From an uncultured bacterium (GTDB taxonomy: Bacteria; Verrucomicrobiota; Kiritimatiellia; CAIKKV01; CAITUY01), in the NCBI GenBank assembly GCA_903908715.1, contig CAIVSY010000041.1:11314-75313 (forward strand): a DNA stretch of 64,000 bases. The letters are read 5' to 3'. Numbering within the stretch: the stretch's first letter is position 1; the number at the start of each line of letters is the position of its first letter. Below the pieces are notes generated by a model. It was not told the origin of the DNA. It saw only the letters and a list, made by a program, of their open reading frames with translations, and ran no database searches. Positions 56,968-64,000 of this stretch are shown piece by piece. Position numbers and translations under genes: made by a program.

Positions 56968-58062
56968 TCAGGCGCCTTTCCACATGCGGATATAGTCGCG
57001 GGCGATCTTCAGATCTTCCACGGCCTCGGCTGCGACGCAGGGTGGCGCGATTTCGCCGCGGCAGACCTTTACGAAGTTGATCGCCTGCTGGCGCATGGCG
57101 TGGACCCAGGGCAGGGAGGGGATTGTCCGGGCGGGTGTGGCATTGCCCGGATCGGCGAAAACCTCAACCCGGCCCGGGCGGTTGATCGTGGTGGGCGCGG
57201 GCAGTTCGATCTTCAGGTATCCGTTTTCGAACGCCACGAGGATGCTCTCCTCCCAGTCCACGGTGGTGCGATAGGGGGTCATCTCGATAGTGCCGGTCAC
57301 GCCTGACTGGCTTTCCACCGCCAGGAGCACGCCGGCCTTGTCGGCGAAGGTGACCTTGTAGGGTTCGCCGAGCATGAAGCGCATGTAGTTCACCTGGTGG
57401 ATGTAGTAATTCACAAACCGCACATATTCGGCGGCGAGTCCTTCCCATTCCCAGGCCGGGGAGCCTTCCTTGGCGCCGGGAAGTCCGATCATGGCGGCGG
57501 TTTCGCGCGCGATAGGCTGCGTGGGCTCGTCGCCTGCGTTCAAGATGCCGACAAGGCCGTTGGCGGTCCAGTCGCCCGCGGGCATCAGGATGCGCACATA
57601 TTTGAGTTTGCCCATCTCGCCGGTTTGCTTCCATTTCCGGATCACTTCCAAGGCGTATGCCGTGGCCGGGTCCGACCTCTTGTGGTAGCCGACCATGTGA
57701 ACCGTCCTGGTTTTTTCCGCCAGGGCGGCCAGGGTTTCGCCGGCCTTCACGCCCACGGTCAGCGGTTTCTCCGTGAAGACGTTCTTCACCTTCCCATACA
57801 CCTCGGGCAGCAGCGTGGCATGCACGTCGAACTGCTGGCTGGCCACGACGCCGTCGAGTTTTTCGGCGGCGAGCATATCCTGGTGGTTCTTGTAGACCTT
57901 CGGGATGCCCATGCGGGTTCCGACCAGCTGGCCGGTCTTCTCGCGGACTTCGGCGAGGGCCACGACCTCGCACTCCGGGATGGTCAGGTAATTGCGCAGG
58001 TGCGCCCGCTGTCCCATTCCGCCCACGCCGATGAAACCGATTCTAACCTTCTTCTCGCTCAT
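56968..58062 (-). CDS. Gfo/Idh/MocA oxidoreductase
   Basis: GFIGVGGMG, TEKP, VGYHKR. Confidence 0.85.
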   Translation of the reverse strand: MSEKKVRIGFIGVGGMGQRAHLRNYLTIPECEVVALAEVREKTGQLVGTRMGIPKVYKNHQDMLAAEKLDGVVASQQFDVHATLLPEVYGKVKNVFTEKPLTVGVKAGETLAALAEKTRTVHMVGYHKRSDPATAYALEVIRKWKQTGEMGKLKYVRILMPAGDWTANGLVGILNAGDEPTQPIARETAAMIGLPGAKEGSPAWEWEGLAAEYVRFVNYYIHQVNYMRFMLGEPYKVTFADKAGVLLAVESQSGVTGTIEMTPYRTTVDWEESILVAFENGYLKIELPAPTTINRPGRVEVFADPGNATPARTIPSLPWVHAMRQQAINFVKVCRGEIAPPCVAAEAVEDLKIARDYIRMWKGA

Positions 58063-58111
58063 TGTGTCTTAGCCTTTCTTCTCAGTCTGATTTGGTGAGT
58101 TCTGGATTTGT

Positions 58112-59530
58112 TTATGCCTTTGCCAGTTTTCCGAACCGGTTGGCGATCGCCAGGGCCGGGTCGAGCGGGACTTCCTTCCGTTTGACATTCTTTTGGACGG
58201 TGATGGCGGGCACTGCGCGCAATGACTTGCCGGCGAACTGCGGCAGGTACTTTGCTTCCGCCTCCATCATTTCGGCGACCATCTTGCGGATCTCGTCCAG
58301 CGTCAGCACCGCGGAGGTGAGCGGATCGAGCGCGACGGCCTGCATCACCAGTTCCGGATCCCCGGTGAAGCTGGCTTCCACGGCCAGGCCCTGAACGAGG
58401 ACGTTCGTCATATTCAGGGCGGCGCACTGGGGAGGCAGGTTGCCGATGACGGTGGGGTGGAGCCCTGTACGGTCCACGTAGATCGGGACTTCCACGCAGC
58501 AGCCGTTGGGCAGGTTCGTGATGAAGCCGTCGTTGCGGATGTTGCCGTTCAGGCGGAACACGTTCCCCGTCTCCTTCGCCTCGATGATGTGTGAGCAGTA
58601 CTCCGCGCTGCGCGGCCCCAGCTTGGTTGACTCGATAGAGAGTGGATCCATTTTGGCGAACTTGTCGGCCAGCATGGCGCAATACTTGTAGTAGGCGCCG
58701 GTTTCGCCGCCGAAAGCCGGCTCATCGCAATACAGGTCGAGCGCCTTCTTGTTCTTCCGGAAATAGGGGAGGTATTCCGAGAGGTGGCCCGTGCTTTCGG
58801 TCATGAAATAGCCGAAATGGCGCATGACCTCGGCGCGGACCTTCTCGTTCACGTAGTAGCCGGGCTTCTCGAAGTTTGCCTTGAGTAGCGGATACAGGTC
58901 CTTGCCCTTGTGTTCCAGGTGGAGGAACCAGGCCATGTGGTTGATACCGGCGGCGGTGAAGTCGATCTCGTCCTTCGGCACGTCGACGTAGCTGGAGATC
59001 AGGTCCATGGTGGTTTGGACCCCGTGGCAGAGGCCGACAAACTGCAGGCCGGGTACGCGTCCGAGCGCCCAGCAGCACATGGCCATGGGATTGGCGTAGT
59101 TGAACAGGATTGCGTTCGGACAGAGTTCCTGCATGTCGCGGGCGATTTCCAGCAGGGCCGGTATATGGCGCAGGGCGCGGAATACCCCGCCCGGGCCCAT
59201 GGTGTCGGCGATGCAGTTATCCACGCCGTACTTCATGGGGATCTCGTAGTCCTGCTTGAACTCCGCCACGCCGCCCGCCTGGATCATCACCACCACGTAG
59301 TCCGCGCCCTTCAGGGCCTCGCGGCGGTCGGTGGTGGCCTTGACGGTCGCGTTCGCGCCGTTGTCCTTGATCATGCGCTTGACGAAATCCTGCATCTTGT
59401 CCAGCCGCTCGTGGCTCAGGGCCATCAGCCGGTATTCACTGCCCTTCAGGGCTGGAGTGGCCAGGAAATCGGCCATGAGTGTCTTGCAGAAAACCAGACT
59501 GCCTGCCCCGATCATCGCGATCTTTGCCAT
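58112..59530 (-). CDS. Glycoside hydrolase family 4 (NAD+/Mn2+-dependent alpha-galactosidase-like)
   Basis: IGAGSLVF, DTMGPGG, NYANPM, GLCHG, AGINHMAW, TESTGHLSEY. Confidence 0.9.
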   Translation of the reverse strand: MAKIAMIGAGSLVFCKTLMADFLATPALKGSEYRLMALSHERLDKMQDFVKRMIKDNGANATVKATTDRREALKGADYVVVMIQAGGVAEFKQDYEIPMKYGVDNCIADTMGPGGVFRALRHIPALLEIARDMQELCPNAILFNYANPMAMCCWALGRVPGLQFVGLCHGVQTTMDLISSYVDVPKDEIDFTAAGINHMAWFLHLEHKGKDLYPLLKANFEKPGYYVNEKVRAEVMRHFGYFMTESTGHLSEYLPYFRKNKKALDLYCDEPAFGGETGAYYKYCAMLADKFAKMDPLSIESTKLGPRSAEYCSHIIEAKETGNVFRLNGNIRNDGFITNLPNGCCVEVPIYVDRTGLHPTVIGNLPPQCAALNMTNVLVQGLAVEASFTGDPELVMQAVALDPLTSAVLTLDEIRKMVAEMMEAEAKYLPQFAGKSLRAVPAITVQKNVKRKEVPLDPALAIANRFGKLAKA

Positions 59531-59674
59531 ACCGACTCCTTTTTCCGTAATTGCTTTTTCAGAAACAGTGTCCGTCGTTTCCACGCGGAATATGCAGGCT
59601 GTATTCACTCATTTTTCCGGGTTCAGGGCAATGATTGGCATTGCTTTTTTTTGTCAGAAATTGCTTCATGGGGC

Positions 59675-60439
59675 ATGTTCGCGGACGGTCACATTCTTCA
59701 CGCGTGTCTTTTGCAATGCGGCCAGGTTTTGCCGGATCCGGCCTGGCATATTCCTCTCTCGCATCATGACTATCACGAGATGATCCTGGTGATGGATGGG
59801 GCGGTGGTGGTGGGCAGCCGGGGAGGCCGGATACGGGCGGGGGCCGGGTCGGTCCTGATTTATCCCGCCGGTGTGGAACATGAGGAATGGTCGGATGCCG
59901 GGCATCCGCTTCACAGCCTGTTCTTCTGTTTCGCCTGTCCGGGGATGGAAAAGATGTCGATCTCGGTGATCCAGGACGCCCGCGGGATTATCGGGGAGAT
60001 CGGGGCGCGGATGTACGCGGACCGTCATTCCTCCAGTCCGGCGGCCCGGATCCAGCGCGACGCGTTCCTGCAGGCGATCCTGGCGGAATTTCTCCGGAAT
60101 CTCGGGGGTGAAGACCAGCCCATGGTCGGCCAGGTGCGGCAGCACGTCCGGGATCACATCGCCGGGCGGCTGACGCTGGACGGGCTGGCGGGGGTCTGTG
60201 GCCTGAGCAAGTTCCATTTCCTGCGGCAGTACCGGATTGCCACGGGGCGGACGCCCATGGAGGATGTGCGCGCCATGCGGGCTGAATATGCCCGGGAACT
60301 GGTGATGAGCACGAGGCTGCCGCTCAAGGAGATTGCCTTGCGGACCGGGCTGGGGGATGAATATTCCCTCTCCAGGGTCTTTCGCCGGCTGTTCGATACG
60401 CCGCCCGGGCGCTATCGCCGCAACCGGCCGGGGCGGTGA
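59675..60439 (+). CDS. AraC-family transcriptional regulator
   Basis: Cupin HHHDYHE-like N-terminus; LSKFHF and LKEIALRTG...SRVFRR HTH motifs. Confidence 0.9.
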   Translation: MFADGHILHACLLQCGQVLPDPAWHIPLSHHDYHEMILVMDGAVVVGSRGGRIRAGAGSVLIYPAGVEHEEWSDAGHPLHSLFFCFACPGMEKMSISVIQDARGIIGEIGARMYADRHSSSPAARIQRDAFLQAILAEFLRNLGGEDQPMVGQVRQHVRDHIAGRLTLDGLAGVCGLSKFHFLRQYRIATGRTPMEDVRAMRAEYARELVMSTRLPLKEIALRTGLGDEYSLSRVFRRLFDTPPGRYRRNRPGR

Positions 60440-60538
60440 CCGGCAGGGTGCAACTTTTTTGAAGAAATTGCTGTTGGCAAGCGTTATGGTAGATGAGGGT
60501 CCAACGAATGGACCTGGTCGAAAGGAGCGATACCCGCC

Positions 60539-63500
60539 ATGTTCACCCGGAAGCTCACGTTTTTCGCCGCCCTTGTGGCTGTTGCCGCCGCGGTCACCAC
60601 CGCGTCCGCCCTGAGTTGGCAGAAGGTCTACGAAGCCCGCGACAAGGGTCTGCCGAAGACCGCCATCGAGGAGCTCAAGCCGATCATCGCGGATGCCATA
60701 CAGGGCCGCAGGCACGCCGAGGCGATCAAGGCCATCTGCATGAAGATCGCCTTCGAGGGCAACATCGAGGGCAACAAGCCGGAGGAGAAGATCACGCGGC
60801 TGGAGGCCGAAATCGCCCAGGCCCCGGCGGAGATGAAGCCCCTGATGGAAGCCGTTCTGGCCAACTGGTACTGGCACTACTTCCAGCACAACCGCTGGCG
60901 GTTCCAGCAGCGCACGCAGACCGCCGAGGCGCCGGGCAAGGACTTCACCACGTGGGATCTGCCCCGGATCCTGGCCGAGATCGACAGGCATTTCACCGTC
61001 GCGCTTGCCGGCGAAAAGCTTCTCAAATCCACGCCCGTGGAGCAGTACAACGACCTGCTGGAAAAGGGCTCTGTTTCGGACGCCTACCGTCCCACCTTGT
61101 TCGACTTCCTGGCGCATGAGGCCCTGCAGTTCTACCAGGCCGGTGAACAGGGCGCCGCGGCGGCGGAGGATGAGTTCGAGATCGCGGACGATAATCCGGT
61201 GTTCGGGACGGTGGATGAGTTCCTGAAGTGGAGGCCGGGGTTGTTCCCGTCGCAATCCGTTCCACGGAAGGACAAGGCTGGAGAAACGCCCGGTCCCTCT
61301 CCTCTTGCGGGAGAGGGTCAAGGTGAGGGGGATTCGCCCAAGCTCAAGGCGATCCGGCTGTTCCAGAACCTGCTGGCCTTCCATCGCAACGACGGCGACA
61401 AGACGGCCTTGATGGACGCCGACCTATGGCGGCTGACGTTCGGCAAGAACCAGGCGGTGGGGCCCGCCGTGAACGACCGGTACAAGGCCGCGCTCCAGCG
61501 GTTCGCGGAGCAGGGGTCCAGCCACGAGATTTCCGCCCGGGCCCTCCACCAGCTCGCGCTCCTGCTGAACGAGGAGGACCAGCCCGCCGAAGCGCATGCG
61601 GTGGCGAAACGCGGTGCCGAGGCCCACCCGAAGAGCGTCGGCGGTATCTGGTGCGCGAACCTTGTGCGGCAGATCGAGTCGGAGCAGGTCAATATCAGCA
61701 CCGAGCGGGTCTGGAATGAACCATGGCCAACGATTTCCGTCCAGTACAAGAACCTGACCCAGGCATACTTCCGCGCCGTACCCTACGACTTCGATCGGTT
61801 CATGTCCCGTCAGCGCTGGGGGTTCGGATATGGATGGGATGAGAAGTTCCACCAGGAACTCCTGACCGCCAAGCCTGCCGCGGCGTGGAACACGGCCCTG
61901 CCTGCCACCGCGGATTTCCGCATGCGGACCGAGAAGGTGCCGGTAGCCCGGGACCTCAAGCCGGGCTTCTATTTCATTCTCGCCAGCCACGACCCTGCGT
62001 TTGGCAAGAAGGACAACCAGGTTTCCATGGCGTATGTGTGGGTGAGCGAACTGGCGCTGGTGGTCCGGCAACGTCATTCGGAAGGCGCGTTGGATGGGTT
62101 CGTGCTCAAGGCCCTGACCGGCGAGCCGGTGGCCGGGGCCACGGTGCGGTCCTGGGCGCGCGACCGCGAGGGCTGGATGAAGCCCGCCTCGCAGGTACAG
62201 ACCGACACCAACGGCATGTTCCGGTTTGATGTCGCCGGGGACAGCCGCCAGCTCTTCCTTCTGGCGCAGAGCGACGGCCAGGCGGTGTCCGGCGACAATG
62301 AGTACTACGTGGCTCACGGCGGCAAGGTGGAGCCCCACCCCCAGGCCGTTTTCTTTACCGATCGTTCCCTGTACCGGCCCGGGCAGACTATCCAGTACAA
62401 GGGTATCTGCTATCGCGCGGACTCGGAGAAGAACGAATACCGGACGTTGGAGGGTCAGACCCTGACGGTCGTCTTGCGGGATCCGAACGGGAGGGAAGTA
62501 GCCAGGCAACAGCAGAAGTGCAACGACTACGGATCCTTCTCGGGAAGCTTCACCGCGCCCGGGGGGACGGTGACGGGCCGCATGACGCTGCAGGTGCTGG
62601 ATGGTCCGTCCGGGGCGACGAGTATCAGCGTGGAGGAATACAAGCGGCCGAAGTTCCAGGTGGAATTGGCGGCGCCGAAGGAAGCCGCGAAACTCGGTTC
62701 GGAGGTTTCCCTGTCCGGCAAGGCCACCGCCTACACCGGCGCGGCCATCGGCGGAGCGAAGGTCAAGTGGCGTGTCGTGCGCGAAGTGCAGTTCCCGCCC
62801 TGGTGCTGGTGGGGGCGCTGGTTCCTGCCGCCCGGCAGCGAGAGCCGTAACATCGCCCACGGCACGGCCACAACCGGTCCGGATGGATCCTTCACCGTGG
62901 TATTCCCGGCGGTGCCTGACCTTTCGGTGGTGGAGAAGACCGAGCCCGTGTTCTGCTTCAAGGTCCATGCCGACGTGACCGACACCACGGGTGAGACGCG
63001 GTCTGACAGCCGGACGGTGAAAGCCGGGTACACCGCACTCGCGGCGAATCTCCGCGCCGGCGAATGGCAGACGCCGGACGTGCCGGTGGAATGGACGATC
63101 CAGACGCAATCGCTCGACGGCGATCCGCAAGCCGCTGCGGGCGAGGTTAAGGTGTATGCGCTCAAGCAACCCGGCCGGGTCGAGCGTCCGCCGCTCGAAC
63201 AGGGGCGCCCCTACGGTTTTCCCCATTCCGATCGGTGGCTCGTCGAACCCGAGCCGGACCCTTCGAATGCGGATTCATGGGAATTGGGCGAAGTGGTGGC
63301 CCGGCAGGAGTTCAAGACCGACGCCACGGGAACGGTCAAGCTGACCACGCCTCTCAAAGCCGGGATCTACCGGGCGATGCTGGAGACCCGGGACCGGTTC
63401 GGGAAGGCGGTCACCGCCCGGCAGACCTTGCAGGTCCTGGATCCGAAGGGCACCCGCTACCCGGTCCGGTTGGCGAGCCACTTCGCCGCGCCGAAGTGGT

Positions 63501-64000
63501 CCGTCGAGCCGGGCGGGCGGTTTGTGGCGCTGTGGGGAACGGGCTATGACACCGGCCGGGCGTATGTGGAATTGGAACACCAGGGGCGGATCCTGCGCGC
63601 CTTCTGGACGGGCGAGGGGGCCACACAGGAGAAGATCGAGCAGGCGGTGGACGAGACCATGCGCGGCGGATTCAGCATCCGGGTCACCTATGTCCGCGAG
63701 AACCGGGCGCATCTGCAGAACCGCATCGTGGACGTGCCGTGGTCGAACAAGAAACTGGAAGTCCGGTGGGAACGATTCACCTCCAAGCTTGGTCCGGCGC
63801 AGAAGGACACGTGGACGGCGGTGGTGACGGGTCCGGATGCGAGGAAGGCCGTGGCGGAGATGGTGGCCACGCTGTATGACGCTTCACTTGACCAGTACCA
63901 GCCTTACGAGTGGATGCGCGGATTCGGAGTGTTCCGCCGCGAGTTCAGCCGCGTGCATCCGCAGTTCGAGAACGGCGTCGCCGGATTCCAGCACATTCAT
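60539..64000 (+). CDS. Bacterial alpha-2-macroglobulin-family protein (3' truncated by window edge)
   Basis: Absent from the ORF track because it has no stop in the window; AAGGAG RBS, signal peptide, GLPKTA, FFTDRSLYRPGQT (MG2), VEEYKRPKF, ATLYDASLDQ. Confidence 0.88.
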   Translation, partial: MFTRKLTFFAALVAVAAAVTTASALSWQKVYEARDKGLPKTAIEELKPIIADAIQGRRHAEAIKAICMKIAFEGNIEGNKPEEKITRLEAEIAQAPAEMKPLMEAVLANWYWHYFQHNRWRFQQRTQTAEAPGKDFTTWDLPRILAEIDRHFTVALAGEKLLKSTPVEQYNDLLEKGSVSDAYRPTLFDFLAHEALQFYQAGEQGAAAAEDEFEIADDNPVFGTVDEFLKWRPGLFPSQSVPRKDKAGETPGPSPLAGEGQGEGDSPKLKAIRLFQNLLAFHRNDGDKTALMDADLWRLTFGKNQAVGPAVNDRYKAALQRFAEQGSSHEISARALHQLALLLNEEDQPAEAHAVAKRGAEAHPKSVGGIWCANLVRQIESEQVNISTERVWNEPWPTISVQYKNLTQAYFRAVPYDFDRFMSRQRWGFGYGWDEKFHQELLTAKPAAAWNTALPATADFRMRTEKVPVARDLKPGFYFILASHDPAFGKKDNQVSMAYVWVSELALVVRQRHSEGALDGFVLKALTGEPVAGATVRSWARDREGWMKPASQVQTDTNGMFRFDVAGDSRQLFLLAQSDGQAVSGDNEYYVAHGGKVEPHPQAVFFTDRSLYRPGQTIQYKGICYRADSEKNEYRTLEGQTLTVVLRDPNGREVARQQQKCNDYGSFSGSFTAPGGTVTGRMTLQVLDGPSGATSISVEEYKRPKFQVELAAPKEAAKLGSEVSLSGKATAYTGAAIGGAKVKWRVVREVQFPPWCWWGRWFLPPGSESRNIAHGTATTGPDGSFTVVFPAVPDLSVVEKTEPVFCFKVHADVTDTTGETRSDSRTVKAGYTALAANLRAGEWQTPDVPVEWTIQTQSLDGDPQAAAGEVKVYALKQPGRVERPPLEQGRPYGFPHSDRWLVEPEPDPSNADSWELGEVVARQEFKTDATGTVKLTTPLKAGIYRAMLETRDRFGKAVTARQTLQVLDPKGTRYPVRLASHFAAPKWSVEPGGRFVALWGTGYDTGRAYVELEHQGRILRAFWTGEGATQEKIEQAVDETMRGGFSIRVTYVRENRAHLQNRIVDVPWSNKKLEVRWERFTSKLGPAQKDTWTAVVTGPDARKAVAEMVATLYDASLDQYQPYEWMRGFGVFRREFSRVHPQFENGVAGFQHIH
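61295..61330 (+). repeat. REP-like palindrome inserted in-frame in the alpha-2-macroglobulin gene
   Basis: CCCTCTCC-TCTTGCG-GGAGAGGG-TCAAGGTGAGGGG, translating as PSPLAGEGQGEG. Confidence 0.7.

Noticed and set aside
58910-59674. N-terminal extension making the AraC protein 509 aa
   Set aside because: It overlaps the GH4 gene in antisense; the AraC domain starts at about 59675.

Overview
This 64-kb window is from a high-GC bacterial chromosome, tentatively PVC superphylum (Kiritimatiellota/Lentisphaerota-like; an inference from gene families). It spans the replication origin. From left to right it holds: a glycosyltransferase/ABC-exporter operon (GT2, GT4 x2, GT32, GT10); minus-strand housekeeping genes including a nitroreductase-TspO fusion; dnaA-oriC-dnaN; tRNA-Gln(CTG) with a duplicated 3' half enclosing one acyltransferase gene; a Gfo/Idh/MocA and sugar-isomerase cluster; mnmE-mnmG, with two perfect parS sites inside an in-frame insertion of mnmG; metal-ABC and surface-glycosylation genes; ugd; and a chromosomal integron (about 40.9-47.0 kb). 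The integron integrase is reduced to a probable N-terminal stub. Its attI region is a near-perfect palindrome with two outward-facing GTT core sites around a promoter. The array has about 9 cassettes, five of them consecutive type II toxin-antitoxin pairs. Further right are an RsbU/STAS pair, an AraC-linked catabolic cluster (GH4, two UroD-like proteins, acylating aldehyde dehydrogenase, NagA-like, MBL hydrolase, FG-GAP protein) and the 5' part of an alpha-2-macroglobulin gene. All calls come from reading the sequence and recognising motifs; no searches were run.
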